Shown: positions 17,983 to 28,721, counted from the first letter of the stretch. The stretch is DNA of 64,000 nucleotides from a bacterium (GCA_043812655.1 JBDRLW010000030.1:39829-103828); one strand, 5' to 3'. A program made the numbers and translations. The notes: generated from the sequence alone by a model not told the origin.

Positions 17983-18055
17983 CAAAGTGGTCAAATGCAC
18001 CTGACTGTAAATCAGGCGCCTCACGGCTTCGAAGGTTCAAATCCTTCCCCCTCCA
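17973..18055 (+). tRNA. tRNA-Tyr (anticodon GTA), type II long variable arm
   Basis: Manual fold: acceptor GGAGGGG/CCCCTCC, anticodon stem CCTGA/TCAGG with loop CTGTAAA, T-arm GAAGG-TTCAAAT-CCTTC, discriminator A. No encoded CCA. Confidence 0.85.
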
Positions 18056-18258
18056 TTTTAGTTGGTACATTCCTGGCACCTCCTTTACAAAAGACTGAGC
18101 CGCCTTGTTAAAAATAAGGGATATCTCGTGTAACTAGCCATAAAATTTCGTTCGCTCGATCTTTAATCTCCCGGCTTCTACTCCCTTCTCCTAACTTCCA
18201 ATAACACGTGGATTGGAATATTGACAGTCCAATCAAGCGATGGGAAAATACTGTCGAG

Positions 18259-18876
18259 ATGAAACGTAACATCAGTCTGCTTATGATTATAGCGCTGACA
18301 GTCGCCGGCGCGCTGGCCCATCAGCCGGTGATAGTGGACAGGGGCGAGATTAAAATTGAGAAGCCCGAAATCTCGCGCGCTTTTTACGGCGAGCTGAAGG
18401 GCCAGCCCCAGCTTTACAATATCTATTCGGAAAAAGCTTTTGACCTCTACGTTAATCTTCTTGTCCCCAAAAACACCAACGCTGCCGGCCGCTATTCCGC
18501 GAACATTTATCAGATAATTGACAGCCGGCGCGTTTTTCTGGTTGAAATCAAGGCTGATTCAGTGGCCTGGAAAGAGCTCTACGAACCTTTTGGCGGCGAT
18601 CATTACCTCAAAGGCCCGGAGTGGAAGCAAGCGGTGCCGGCCGGGCGTTTTGAGATCGAAGTTTACAATGCTGATAACCGTGGCAAATATGTGCTGGCGG
18701 TGGGAGAAAAAGAATTTTTTGGCCCCAAAGAGATCGCCAATGTTTATACTGAATTGCCAAAACTCAAGGGAGAGTTCTTTGGCGGCAATCCCGTTTCTTT
18801 TCTCTGGTCGCCGTTCGGCATCGCAGCGGTGATCGCGGCCGCAGGCATAATCTATCTCATTTCAAAAGCGCGCTGA
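18259..18876 (+). CDS. secreted protein with a C-terminal membrane anchor; mature N-terminus begins with His (possible YcnI/CopC-like metal-binding protein)
   Basis: Signal peptide MKRNISLLMIIALTVAGALA, then HQPV…. C-terminal hydrophobic helix FGIAAVIAAAGIIYLI. Family assignment is tentative. Confidence 0.5.
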   Translation: MKRNISLLMIIALTVAGALAHQPVIVDRGEIKIEKPEISRAFYGELKGQPQLYNIYSEKAFDLYVNLLVPKNTNAAGRYSANIYQIIDSRRVFLVEIKADSVAWKELYEPFGGDHYLKGPEWKQAVPAGRFEIEVYNADNRGKYVLAVGEKEFFGPKEIANVYTELPKLKGEFFGGNPVSFLWSPFGIAAVIAAAGIIYLISKAR

Positions 18877-18987
18877 AACATTATGTAAATTTTTGTTTTG
18901 CTTCATACTGCCCCTGTTTTTTATTCCTATCTTTTTTCTTGTCCCTGCTGCCTGCAAATCATCCCTCTCATCTGCTATCATTATCCT

Positions 18988-19956
18988 ATGACCTGGGAAT
19001 TACTTAACCACGAAAACATTTTAAGCACCGTTGAAGCCACGCTTGGAGAAAGGTTAAGCAACCTTATTCTTCCCCGCAACAGCTACATCAATCGGGTTTA
19101 TGAACTGGAAAAATATGATTCCAGGGAAAGGTTTATCGTTAAATTTTATCGTCCTGGTCGCTGGACGTTGGAACAAATTCAAGAAGAACATGATTTTCTA
19201 TTCGAGCTTTCAGCCCAAGAAATTCCCGTCGTCCCACCAATTAAAATAAAGAATAAGACTCTTTTTCTTCTCCCAACTCCAACCCCCCCACTCCAACCTA
19301 TCCCCTACACCCTATTCCCTAAAAGATCCGGCCGCGCTCTGGACGAGTTTGACAAAAACGCCTGGGAAGAGCTGGGACGCCTTATCGCTAGAATGCACCT
19401 TGTCGGAGAAACTCGCAAGGCCAGCGGCAGAGTTTTTTGGCGGCCAGCAATAGCAACCAAACATCATCTTGAAACAATTTTAAAAACCAGCTTTCTTCTT
19501 CCAAAATTTGACGCCGCCTTTAAACAAGCAACTGAAGCCTTTATTAAAAAGGCTGACCCGTCCTTTGAAAACCAAAACAACATCTTGCTCCACGGCGATT
19601 GCCATAAAGGAAATCTGATCCACCGGCCCAACGAAGGCATTTTTATTATTGATTTTGACGATATCTGTTTTGGGCCGGCGGTTCAAGACCTTTGGCTTCT
19701 CCTTCCCGATGTTCCAGACAACTGCCAAAAAGAACTCTCTTGGTTTATTAAAGGCTATGAAACATTCCGTCCTTTCCCTGCAACTTCTCTCTCCCTTATT
19801 CCTTTTCTTCGTGGGATGCGCCTTATCCATTTCGCCGCTTGGCTCGCCGTCCAGTGCCATGAACCGGATTTCTTTATCCATTTTCCCGAAGCGAAAAGCG
19901 CCCGCTATCAAAACGAATTAATTAAAGAGTTGCAGGAAATCTCTGTTACAGTATAA
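18988..19956 (+). CDS. APH/SrkA(RdoA)-like Ser/Thr protein kinase
   Basis: HGDCHKGNLI (catalytic loop) and IIDFDDICFGPAVQDLW motifs. The upstream 30 codons of the ORF look like a non-coding extension. Confidence 0.75.
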   Translation: MTWELLNHENILSTVEATLGERLSNLILPRNSYINRVYELEKYDSRERFIVKFYRPGRWTLEQIQEEHDFLFELSAQEIPVVPPIKIKNKTLFLLPTPTPPLQPIPYTLFPKRSGRALDEFDKNAWEELGRLIARMHLVGETRKASGRVFWRPAIATKHHLETILKTSFLLPKFDAAFKQATEAFIKKADPSFENQNNILLHGDCHKGNLIHRPNEGIFIIDFDDICFGPAVQDLWLLLPDVPDNCQKELSWFIKGYETFRPFPATSLSLIPFLRGMRLIHFAAWLAVQCHEPDFFIHFPEAKSARYQNELIKELQEISVTV

Positions 19957-19968
19957 TATGGTAACCAT

Positions 19969-21807
19969 ATGAAAAAGGCATTGAGATGGCTAGCAATAAT
20001 GGTCGGCGTCCTTATCCTTCTTTTAGTTGTCGGCATGATCGCCCTCCCCTTTATTTTCCCGCTGGACAAAATTAAAGACTTTGCGACCACCAAGATCTCC
20101 GAATCGATCCACCGGGAAGTTAAGATAAACAAAGTTTCCTTTAATATTTTTTCCGGCATCAAACTGGAAGGCCTTTATGTCGGCAACCGTTCCGGGTTTG
20201 CCAAGAGGCCTTTTATTTCTGCCGATTCGATCGATCTCCATTACGCCTTCTGGCCGCTCTTTTCCCGCCAGATCATTATTAAAGAAATAAGCTTGGTTAA
20301 GCCGCAGATCCTGGTTGAAAAAAATGCCCGCGGCGAGTTTAACTTTTCCGACATGATCGCCAAGCCCTCATCGCCAAACGCTTCGCCTGTCGCATCCGCC
20401 AAACGAACATCGCCCCCTTTCGATCTTTTCGTAACCGCCTTCTCCATTAAGAACGGCAAGCTTTCTTATGTCGACAATTCAACCAAAACCATCAGTGAAA
20501 TAAAAAACCTTGGCGTTAAAATTTCTGGGTTTGAGCTGGCCCTGGTTAAACCGATCAACCTCAAGGTTTCTGCCGATGTCAATTATCAGGGAAAAGATAT
20601 TCCAGTTTCTCTGGCCGGTAAAATCGGCGTTAACCTGGCGGAAGAATCTATTAACATCCCTTCTCTTGCTCTTTCGATCGCTGGGGAAAGCCTAAACGCA
20701 ACGGCCAAAGTTTCATCCTGGAAGGTCGCGCCGCAAATAAATTTTTCCCTCAATTCCGGAGGGTTTAATGTTGACCCCCTCCTGGCGATCTTTGCAGCTT
20801 CCGCCCCAGCTAAAAAAACAAAACCAGTTCCCGGCGCCCTAACCAAAACGATCAACCAGGCCACCGCCTCCATCCCAGCCAATGTCGGAGTTAAGGGAGA
20901 AGTTAATGTAAACAACTTAACCTTCCAAAAGTTCAAGGTCGACAAGATAGGACTTTCGCTTTCTCTCGCCCGCAAGGTTGCTACCGCCTCCCTTCGTGAA
21001 ATTAAATTTTCCGGTGGAACCTTGACCGGTAAGGCTGTTGTCAACCTAAATACCCCCGGGCTTGGTTATGAGGTTAGCGACCTTAAGTTGGCCGGCTTTG
21101 ATGCGCATCCATTTTCCAACTCTGTGGTCGAAACTTTTTTAACCACCCTGCCCGACTATAAAGACTTGATCGACAAAGCCTATGGGACGCTGGACCTTTC
21201 TGCCTCTCTTTCTGGCCGTGGCGTTGAACCGAATGATATCATGGCAAACCTCAACGGCGAAGCTTCTCTCTCGCTAAAGAATGGCGAGCTAAAAAGGCTT
21301 AAAACCTTGGCTTCCGTCGGCCAAACCTTGAAGTCAAACACCCTGCAAGGAGATGTTAAGTTTGGCGAGCTAACCGCCGCCGCGAGCATTAGCAAAAAAG
21401 TTGTTAACGTAAAAACATTAAAGCTCGACAACCAAGACTTTGGCTTGAATTTTAAGGGGGGTGTTGATCTTGGCCGCTTGGTTTGGGTTGCCGGCAACCG
21501 CCTGACCCTAAAGCTTTCCCCTGCGAACACCAAAAACCTGCCTCAACAATTTTCCTTAATGCGGGACGACAAGGGCTGGCTGGAGATCACCTTTGAATTA
21601 ACCGGAGGACTCACCAAGCCGTTCCCCAAACCGATCTTAGACAAACCGATCGAAGCCGCTGTCGGCAAACTAAAGGTTAAAATAGAAGCTAAAAAAGTTG
21701 AGATCGAAAATCAAGCAAAGGCAGAGGCCCAGAAAAAGCTGGACGCCGAAAAAGCCCGACTCCAAGAAGAAGCCAAGAATAAGCTAAAAAACCTCATTAA
21801 GTTTTAA
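19969..21807 (+). CDS. AsmA-family outer-membrane biogenesis protein with a Lys/Glu-rich coiled-coil C-terminus
   Basis: N-terminal signal-anchor followed by the AsmA N-domain (KINKVSFNIFSGIKLEGLYVGN…ADSIDLHYAFWPLFSRQIIIKEISLVKPQI). Confidence 0.8.
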   Translation: MKKALRWLAIMVGVLILLLVVGMIALPFIFPLDKIKDFATTKISESIHREVKINKVSFNIFSGIKLEGLYVGNRSGFAKRPFISADSIDLHYAFWPLFSRQIIIKEISLVKPQILVEKNARGEFNFSDMIAKPSSPNASPVASAKRTSPPFDLFVTAFSIKNGKLSYVDNSTKTISEIKNLGVKISGFELALVKPINLKVSADVNYQGKDIPVSLAGKIGVNLAEESINIPSLALSIAGESLNATAKVSSWKVAPQINFSLNSGGFNVDPLLAIFAASAPAKKTKPVPGALTKTINQATASIPANVGVKGEVNVNNLTFQKFKVDKIGLSLSLARKVATASLREIKFSGGTLTGKAVVNLNTPGLGYEVSDLKLAGFDAHPFSNSVVETFLTTLPDYKDLIDKAYGTLDLSASLSGRGVEPNDIMANLNGEASLSLKNGELKRLKTLASVGQTLKSNTLQGDVKFGELTAAASISKKVVNVKTLKLDNQDFGLNFKGGVDLGRLVWVAGNRLTLKLSPANTKNLPQQFSLMRDDKGWLEITFELTGGLTKPFPKPILDKPIEAAVGKLKVKIEAKKVEIENQAKAEAQKKLDAEKARLQEEAKNKLKNLIKF

Positions 21808-21847
21808 CGCAAGTTTTCCCCTCCAAACCTCGATATATATAGTAGAT

Positions 21848-22177
21848 ATGAGAGCTATAACAATTGCCCTATTATTGATCGCCTTTTTTGCCGGGTTGGC
21901 CTGGAGCGAACCTGTCGCCAACATTAAAGAGCTATATTCAGCCCCTAGTGAAAATTCCAACTTAGTCTATAAGATCCCGATCGATGTTAAGATTCTTGAG
22001 GTCTCCCCAGACGGCAATTGGCATAAAGTCAGGATAGCATATTCTTTTGGCCCTCTTTCATATTCCTATGTCGGCTGGGCCAAAGTCCCTGTTGGCGATA
22101 TCTTAGCCGCCAGGCTAGAGACTGAGGAGCTCGCCATCATCGATGAAGCTCCCCCAGAAAAGATTGCTTCAAAGTAA
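21848..22177 (+). CDS. small secreted SH3b-like protein
   Basis: Signal peptide; GNWHKVRIAYSFGPLSYSYVGWAK resembles bacterial SH3 domains. Confidence 0.5.
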   Translation: MRAITIALLLIAFFAGLAWSEPVANIKELYSAPSENSNLVYKIPIDVKILEVSPDGNWHKVRIAYSFGPLSYSYVGWAKVPVGDILAARLETEELAIIDEAPPEKIASK

Positions 22178-22201
22178 CTAGTTTGTTATAATCGCCTTAA
22201 G

Positions 22202-22714
22202 TTGAAAGACGAACTAAAAAAACTCCTCAAAGAGACTGGCGCCGTTAAAGCTGGCGAATTTATCCTCTCCTCTGGCAAGAAAAGCAATCTTTATATTGAC
22301 TGCCGCAAGATCACTTTACACCCCCAAGGCTCACGGCTTATCGCCAAGATCATCTTGGAAAAAATCAAAGGCTTAAATGTCCAGGCGATCGGCGGCATGA
22401 CGCTTGGGGCTGACCCAATTACCTCCTCTGTTGTTGCCTTAAGTGAGATTCCCGGCTTTATCGTTAGGAAAAAAGAAAAAGAACACGGAACGAAACAAAG
22501 GATTGAAGGGATTCTCCAGCCCGGCTGGAATGTCGTGATTGTCGAGGATGTTTCAACCACCGGCGGTTCCGCGCTTCAAGCGATCGAAGCGGTTGAATCT
22601 TTTGGCGCCAAAGTCGTCAAGGTTATTTCTGTTGTTGACCGTGAGGAAGGATCTGCCGACGCCTTTAAAAACTACTCCTTCGACCCTATCTTTAAAAAGT
22701 CTGAACTTGTCTGA
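22202..22714 (+). CDS. pyrE: orotate phosphoribosyltransferase
   Basis: PRPP-binding motif VVIVEDVSTTGGS; type-I PRTase fold. TTG start. Confidence 0.85.
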   Translation: MKDELKKLLKETGAVKAGEFILSSGKKSNLYIDCRKITLHPQGSRLIAKIILEKIKGLNVQAIGGMTLGADPITSSVVALSEIPGFIVRKKEKEHGTKQRIEGILQPGWNVVIVEDVSTTGGSALQAIEAVESFGAKVVKVISVVDREEGSADAFKNYSFDPIFKKSELV

Positions 22715-22749
22715 TCTTCTGGTAATCTGATATACTGATTATCTAACCC

Positions 22750-22822
<73 letters not shown>

Positions 22823-22827
22823 TTCAC

Positions 22828-22858
22828 TTGACAGGAGGGCGGGGTTTCGTAGTATAAT
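22828..22858 (+). promoter_or_regulatory. putative sigma70 promoter for tuf (TTGACA-19 nt-TATAAT, -10 duplicated as TATAATTATAAT)
   Basis: Consensus hexamers are present but the spacer is longer than the optimal 17 nt. Confidence 0.35.
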
Positions 22859-22906
22859 TATAATTCGAGACAAAATCATTTTGATGTATTATAGGAGGTA
22901 AAGAAA

Positions 22907-24100
22907 ATGGCCAGAGAAAAGTTTGAAAGGAAAAAGCCCCACGTAAACATTGGGACGATCGGACACGTTGATCACGGGAAAACTACATTAACCTCGGCGA
23001 TCACCAAGGTTCTCGCCATGAAGGGAATGGCCAAGGCCAAAGCCTTCGACGAGATCGACAGCGCCCCGGAAGAAAAGGCCCGTGGTATAACCATCGCAAT
23101 CGCCCACGTTGAATACGAAACCGATAAAAGGCATTATGCCCACATCGACTGCCCGGGACACGCTGACTATGTTAAGAACATGGTCATCGGCGCTGCGCAG
23201 ATGGACGGAGCGATCTTGGTCGTTTCTGCCGCCGACGGCCCAATGCCCCAAACCCGTGAACATATCTTGCTAGCCCGTCAAGTTAACGTCCCGGCGATCG
23301 TCGTTTTCTTAAACAAGGTTGACATGGTTGACGATCCAGAGCTAGTCGATCTAGTCGAAGTTGAAACCAGGGATCTGTTAACAAAGTACAAATTTCCTGG
23401 CAATGACATCCCGATCATCCGCGGCTCCGCTTTAAAGGCCATGGAAGCCGCTGACGTCAACAGCCCAGATGTCAAGCCAATCCTTGACCTTATGGATGCT
23501 GTCGACAATTACATTCCCGAACCTAAGCGGCCGCTCGACCAGCCATTCTTGATGCCGATCGAGGACGTTTTCACTATTACCGGGCGAGGCACTGTCGGCA
23601 CCGGCAGGATTGAACGCGGCGTCGTTAAGGTTGGCGAAGAAGTCGAATTAATGGGTCTTGGTTCACACAAAAAAGCGGTCGTGACCGGCGTCGAAATGTT
23701 CCGCAAAACCCTTGACGAGGGCCGAGCTGGAGACAACGTCGGCTTGCTGATGCGCGGCATTGAAAAAGAAGAGATCCAACGCGGCATGGTCGCAGCCAAA
23801 CCCGGCTCGATCAAGCCACACAAAAAGTTTGAGGCCCAGGTCTACGTTTTGACCAAAGAAGAGGGCGGCCGTCACACCCCATTCTTTAATGGTTATAAAC
23901 CCCAGTTCTTCATCAGGACCACCGACGTTACTGGCGAGATCAAATTGCCGGATAAAGTTGAAATGGTCATGCCTGGAGATAACGTCACGATGACCGTTGA
24001 GTTGATCACCGATATCGCCGTTGAAGAAGGCTTAAGGTTCGCCATCAGAGAAGGCGGCCGAACCGTTGGGGCTGGAGCCGTAACTAAGATCTTGGCTTAA
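22907..24100 (+). CDS. tuf: elongation factor Tu
   Basis: [18 protein letters not shown] and NKVD G-motifs. 397 aa. Confidence 0.97.
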   Translation: MAREKFERKKPHVNIGTIGHVDHGKTTLTSAITKVLAMKGMAKAKAFDEIDSAPEEKARGITIAIAHVEYETDKRHYAHIDCPGHADYVKNMVIGAAQMDGAILVVSAADGPMPQTREHILLARQVNVPAIVVFLNKVDMVDDPELVDLVEVETRDLLTKYKFPGNDIPIIRGSALKAMEAADVNSPDVKPILDLMDAVDNYIPEPKRPLDQPFLMPIEDVFTITGRGTVGTGRIERGVVKVGEEVELMGLGSHKKAVVTGVEMFRKTLDEGRAGDNVGLLMRGIEKEEIQRGMVAAKPGSIKPHKKFEAQVYVLTKEEGGRHTPFFNGYKPQFFIRTTDVTGEIKLPDKVEMVMPGDNVTMTVELITDIAVEEGLRFAIREGGRTVGAGAVTKILA

Positions 24101-24106
24101 CAAAAA

Positions 24107-25423
24107 TTGAACAGAGCCATCCGTTTACTTGGCTTAATGGCGACGATTTCAATAATCGTCGCCATTTGTTTTTTGCTCTTTGATTTTTTCCAGTCGCGCG
24201 AAATATTCCCCACCAAAACCTATATCGGCAAGGTGAACGTCTCCGGCTTGACCAAGGAAAAAGCCAACGATAAACTCCGCAGTTACCGAATGGCGGAAAT
24301 TTTTTCTCCAATCATTACTTTTGAAGTTGAGGCTAATGCCTTTTCTTTTTCCCCTGAAGCGCTCGGCCTCACTATTGATTATGGCAAATCTCTTGACCAA
24401 GCCTTTGCCTTGTCCCACAAAGAAAGCTATATCAAAGACCTTAAGTCGCGCCTGTCTAGCAAGATCCTTTTCTGCCCTCTCTTTTTCAAGGTTAACGACA
24501 ACGCGCTTAAAGATGTTTTAACAGGTTTAACCCCCCTCCTCCAATCCTCCCCTCGGAATGCCTCGTTTATCTTTTATGAAAAGAGAGGTTCTTATCATAT
24601 TGAAAATGAAGAGTTGGGGCGAGAGGTTTTGGTCGATAAGACTATCGCCTCGTTTAAGGAGCGCTTAGCCAAGGAAGAGAAGCGTTTCCCGATCGAGCTA
24701 GCTTATCAGGAGCCGGCCATCACCGCAAAAGTTTTACGGGAGGCTCCGCCCATTTATCGCTTGTCTGCCTTTACCACTTTTTACGGCCGTCATGACTCAC
24801 CAAACCGGATCCATAACATTAAGCTTGTTGCCTCTTGGGTCGATAATACAATCCTTCTTCCTGGCCAGGTTTTTTCTGTCGCTGATATCTTGGGAGATGT
24901 TACTTCGGCTCGGGGCTTTAAAGAAGCCTATGTTATTTTAGCTGGCGTTTTAGTCCCTACTTTGGGCGGCGGCTCCTGCCAGATTGCCACAACCCTTTAT
25001 AACGCCGCCATACTGGCCGACCTTAAGATCGTTCAGCGAAAAAACCATTCTTTCTATTTTAATATTTATCCTTTGGGGCGCGATGCCGGCGTTTACCCTG
25101 GCCAGCTCGATATGAAGTTTGAAAACGATACCGGCAAGCCCATTTTAATCAAGGCCATTGCCACCAACAGCCGCCTTTCTTTTCGGATCTATGGGACACC
25201 TACCGGGAAAAAGGTCAAGCTCTCTTCTCCTGCCGTTTTTATGAAGGGCAAACCGGCGACCGTAAAGCAGGTCTTGGCTGCCGACCTCCCCTTTGTTACG
25301 GTCATTAAAAAGACCGTCTTTAGCCAGAACGGAAAAAAGATAAACGAAGAAGAGATCGTCAGCCGTTATAAATTATATGGCGAAAAAGACAATGTTCCTA
25401 TTGCCCGCCCAGAACCACGATGA
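24107..25423 (+). CDS. VanW-domain protein (YoaR-like) with N-terminal membrane anchor
   Basis: Characteristic VanW core …GGGSCQIATTLYNAAILADLKIVQRKNHSF…. Confidence 0.8.
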   Translation: MNRAIRLLGLMATISIIVAICFLLFDFFQSREIFPTKTYIGKVNVSGLTKEKANDKLRSYRMAEIFSPIITFEVEANAFSFSPEALGLTIDYGKSLDQAFALSHKESYIKDLKSRLSSKILFCPLFFKVNDNALKDVLTGLTPLLQSSPRNASFIFYEKRGSYHIENEELGREVLVDKTIASFKERLAKEEKRFPIELAYQEPAITAKVLREAPPIYRLSAFTTFYGRHDSPNRIHNIKLVASWVDNTILLPGQVFSVADILGDVTSARGFKEAYVILAGVLVPTLGGGSCQIATTLYNAAILADLKIVQRKNHSFYFNIYPLGRDAGVYPGQLDMKFENDTGKPILIKAIATNSRLSFRIYGTPTGKKVKLSSPAVFMKGKPATVKQVLAADLPFVTVIKKTVFSQNGKKINEEEIVSRYKLYGEKDNVPIARPEPR

Positions 25424-26214
25424 CAAACCAGCAAACAATTAAGCAAGAAATTTCCCTTGAGGGGGTCGGGATCCATTCAGGCCAGCCGGCCAAGGTCATC
25501 ATCCGTCCTGCTCCCGAAAATAAGGGTATTGTTTTTTTTAAAAAGGACATTGAAATTCCTGCGGTCCTTGCCTCCCTCTCTTCAACCAATCGGTCAACTT
25601 CTCTCGCTGGCCTCTCTTTAGTCGAGCACTTTCTCTCTGCCGCCGCTGGGCTGGGAATTGATAATTTGTCAGTCGAAATAATTGGAAATGAATTGCCCAT
25701 TTTAGACGGGAGCGCTGCTCCCTACGCCTACGCGTTAAAAAATGCCGGCATCATAAGGCAACTCGCCGATAAAAACTTCCTGCGTCTTCCTCTCCCCGTT
25801 AGATTAGAAGCCGGCGAAGCCTTTCTTGAGGCAGTTCCCTATAATGGCTTCGCTGTCGATTTTATGGTAAACTTTAAAGGTGTTGGCGAGCAGTCTTTCT
25901 TTTTTGACGACTTGAAACAAGACTATCTGGCCGAGATCGCGCCCGCCCGGACCTTTGGTTATTTGCATGAACATGAGGCGCTTAAAAAAAAGGGGTTAGG
26001 GCTTGGCGCCTCGCTTGAAAATGCCCTAGTGATCGGGGAAAAAGGGTTTGTTAACCAACCCCGTTTCCCTGAAGAGTTGGCCAGGCATAAAATCTTAGAT
26101 TTGATCGGTGATTTAGCCCTCGCCGGCAGACCGATCAAGGCTAAAATAAGGGCTGTCCGCTCCGGACACAAATTAAACATTGAATTATTGAGGAGGGTGT
26201 TAATCAATGGCTGA
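25420..26214 (+). CDS. lpxC: UDP-3-O-acyl-N-acetylglucosamine deacetylase
   Basis: …[14 protein letters not shown]… N-terminus and conserved HEHE/HKxL region ([10 protein letters not shown]…VRSGHKLN). Confidence 0.9.
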   Translation: MTNQQTIKQEISLEGVGIHSGQPAKVIIRPAPENKGIVFFKKDIEIPAVLASLSSTNRSTSLAGLSLVEHFLSAAAGLGIDNLSVEIIGNELPILDGSAAPYAYALKNAGIIRQLADKNFLRLPLPVRLEAGEAFLEAVPYNGFAVDFMVNFKGVGEQSFFFDDLKQDYLAEIAPARTFGYLHEHEALKKKGLGLGASLENALVIGEKGFVNQPRFPEELARHKILDLIGDLALAGRPIKAKIRAVRSGHKLNIELLRRVLING

Positions 26215-27484
26215 ATTAGATATTAAAGAGATCATGAAAATTATTCCCCATCGCTATCCTTTTCTTTTGATCGACCAAGTGGTTGAGATCGAAGAAGGAA
26301 AAAGGGCTGTTGCCATTAAAAACGTGACTATGAACGAGCCGCAGTTTACTGGCCATTTTCCTGGTATCCCTATCATGCCTGGTGTTTTAATTATTGAAGC
26401 CTTGGCCCAGGTTGGGGTGGTTATGGCCCTGCGCATCCCGGCCAATGAAGGCAAGCTTGTGGTTTTTGCAGGTATCGATGGCGTCCGTTTTCGCCGACCT
26501 GTCGTCCCTGGCGATCAACTCCGGCTTGAAGTTGAGACGGTTTGGACCCGAGGCGCTCTTGGAAAAATGAAAGGGAAAGCCACCGTTAATGGTGAGGTTG
26601 CCGCCGAAGGTGAGTTTATGTTTTCCCTCGCCGATAAAACCGCCTCTGGCCAAAAGATCCATCCCACCGCCACGATCCACGCCAAGGCTCAACTTGGGAA
26701 AAACGTCGAGATCGGGCCAGGCGTTGTGATCGGAGCCGACGTGAAGATCGGTGAAGGAACTAAAGTTGACGCTCACGCTGTTATCACCGGTTGGACCACG
26801 ATCGGAAAAAACAACCACATTTACAATAGCGTTACGATTGGCGTCCCTCCCCAGGACGTTAAATATAAAGGGGAAAAAGGCGAGATAATAATTGGCGACA
26901 ATAATTTGATCCGTGAGTTTGTCACCGTCCATATTCCTTCCGCTGGCGGACAGACAACTATCGGCAACGATAATTTTATTATGGTCCACGCCCACATTCC
27001 CCATAACTGTAAGATCGGCAATCAAGTCGTGATCGGCGGATATGTTGGCTTGGCTGGTTACACCCAGATCGGAGACCAAGTTATTATCGGCGGCATGGCC
27101 GGGATCCACCAGTTCGTCCGGATCGGCCGGCTTACCATGGTTGGAGCACAATCTAAGGTTACCCAAGACATCCCTCCTTTTATGTTGGTTGAAGGAAATC
27201 CCGCCCAGGTTCGTGGGGTCAACTCGATCGGCATTCAACGGCGAGGGATTTCCAATGACGCCGCCAGCGAGATCAAAAAAGCCTTTAAATTGATCTACGA
27301 ATCGGGCCATAATACTCCTGAGGCGGTTAAAGAGATCCGGAAACGCTTGCGCCATCTTCCCGAGATAGAACTCTTGGCCTCTTTCTTAGAAAAGGATAGC
27401 CATCGCGGGATCAGTAAAAAGACCGCGCTTGAAGAAGAGGCGGAAGAACTCCTCCTCCCCGAAATCCCTGAACTTGGGATATGA
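26207..27484 (+). CDS. fused 3-hydroxyacyl-ACP dehydratase FabZ / UDP-GlcNAc acyltransferase LpxA
   Basis: Residues 1-~150 are the FabZ hot-dog ([13 protein letters not shown]…[19 protein letters not shown]). Residues ~165-425 are LpxA left-handed beta-helix hexapeptide repeats (…[19 protein letters not shown]…). One uninterrupted ORF. Confidence 0.85.
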   Translation: MAELDIKEIMKIIPHRYPFLLIDQVVEIEEGKRAVAIKNVTMNEPQFTGHFPGIPIMPGVLIIEALAQVGVVMALRIPANEGKLVVFAGIDGVRFRRPVVPGDQLRLEVETVWTRGALGKMKGKATVNGEVAAEGEFMFSLADKTASGQKIHPTATIHAKAQLGKNVEIGPGVVIGADVKIGEGTKVDAHAVITGWTTIGKNNHIYNSVTIGVPPQDVKYKGEKGEIIIGDNNLIREFVTVHIPSAGGQTTIGNDNFIMVHAHIPHNCKIGNQVVIGGYVGLAGYTQIGDQVIIGGMAGIHQFVRIGRLTMVGAQSKVTQDIPPFMLVEGNPAQVRGVNSIGIQRRGISNDAASEIKKAFKLIYESGHNTPEAVKEIRKRLRHLPEIELLASFLEKDSHRGISKKTALEEEAEELLLPEIPELGI

Positions 27485-28680
27485 AAATATTCGTCTCTGC
27501 CGGCGAGGTTTCGGGAGACGTTCACGGCTCATATCTAGTCAAGGAACTTAAAAAGCTTAAGCCTGACGCCGTCTTTTTTGGGTTAGGCGGAGAGAAGCTG
27601 GCAGAGGCTGGCGTTGATATTCGTTTTAATATTACCCGCCGCGGTTCAATCGGCATTTTAGAAGCTCTCCCTAATATTATTCCAATTTTTTCGGTTTTCC
27701 AAAAAGTCAAAAAACTTCTATTACAAGAAAAACCCGACCTGGTCATCCTCATCGATTCACAAGGTATTAATTTTCCGATCGCCAATTTTTGTAAAAAGAT
27801 TGGACTTAAGACTGTTTATTACATCGCCCCTCAAGAGTGGCTATGGGGAACGCCGCGCGGCGTCAAAAAGGTTGCCGACGCCGTCGGCCTTATCGTCGCT
27901 ATTTTTGAGAGGGAATATGAGTCCTATAAAAAAGCCGGCGCCAACGTCATCTTTTTCGGCCATCCTCTAATTGATATCGTTAACCCTTCTCCGAATGGCT
28001 CGACAGGACTTCGACGAGATCAGTCGAGTCGCTCGCCATCCCAGCCATCCCGAGCTCTGCCGAGGGACTCCCACCTCCCAACACCCAACGTAATCTCCCT
28101 CTGCCCCGGCAGTAGAACACATGAAATAAAAAACCTCTTACCCATCTTGCTCAAATCAGCCGAACTGATCCAAAAAGAAATTCCCGACGCCCACTTCATC
28201 ATTCCAGCCGCCAGCCATGATTCTTATAAAATAATTAACTCCTTCATTTGTAATTTGTCATTTGACATTTGTCATTTGCAAGCGCTCGAGTCCGCCTCGT
28301 ATGATGCCCTTGCCTCCTCAACGCTTGCGCTCTGCACCTCCGGCACGATCAACCTGGAGGCCTCGCTCTTAGGTACGCCAAACATCATGATCTATAAGCT
28401 CTCTCCACTCACTTATTGGATCGGCAAGCATATTTTAAAGATCGATAAAAAGCTTAAATACTTCTCTATGCCCAATATCCTGCTTGACAAAAAAGTCATT
28501 CCGGAGCTAGTCATGGCTGATGCCAACCCAGAAAAGATTGCCGCCGAAGCCCTTTCCATTCTAAAATACCCTGATAGATCAGCAAAAATGAAGGCCTCTT
28601 TTGAACAACTTAAAACCCTTCTTGGAGCCCCTGGCGTAATCGCCAAAACAGCAAAAGCAATCCTCAGTCTATCCTTCTAA
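27481..28680 (+). CDS. lpxB: lipid-A-disaccharide synthase, containing an in-frame low-complexity insertion
   Basis: [16 protein letters not shown]… GT19 N-terminus. A roughly 30-aa Ser/Pro/Arg-rich segment ([35 protein letters not shown]) is atypical for LpxB. Confidence 0.85.
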   Translation: MKIFVSAGEVSGDVHGSYLVKELKKLKPDAVFFGLGGEKLAEAGVDIRFNITRRGSIGILEALPNIIPIFSVFQKVKKLLLQEKPDLVILIDSQGINFPIANFCKKIGLKTVYYIAPQEWLWGTPRGVKKVADAVGLIVAIFEREYESYKKAGANVIFFGHPLIDIVNPSPNGSTGLRRDQSSRSPSQPSRALPRDSHLPTPNVISLCPGSRTHEIKNLLPILLKSAELIQKEIPDAHFIIPAASHDSYKIINSFICNLSFDICHLQALESASYDALASSTLALCTSGTINLEASLLGTPNIMIYKLSPLTYWIGKHILKIDKKLKYFSMPNILLDKKVIPELVMADANPEKIAAEALSILKYPDRSAKMKASFEQLKTLLGAPGVIAKTAKAILSLSF

Positions 28681-28701
28681 TCCCTATCCCCCTACCCACT
28701 C

Positions 28702-28721
28702 TTTTACGCAAGTTTTACGCA
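28702..28721. promoter_or_regulatory. direct repeat TTTTACGCA-AG-TTTTACGCA upstream of the 28785 gene
   Basis: Read from the sequence. Shares ACGCAAGTTTT with 21802-21817. Confidence 0.3.

Noticed and set aside
18200-18222. CCAATAACACGTGGATTGG inverted repeat with a CACGTG core upstream of the 18259 gene, as a fifth member of the CACGTG palindrome family
   Set aside because: Its flanks (CCAAT…ATTGG) differ from the TGTT(T/C)CAC…G(A/G)AACA family and the symmetry is imperfect, so it is probably unrelated.
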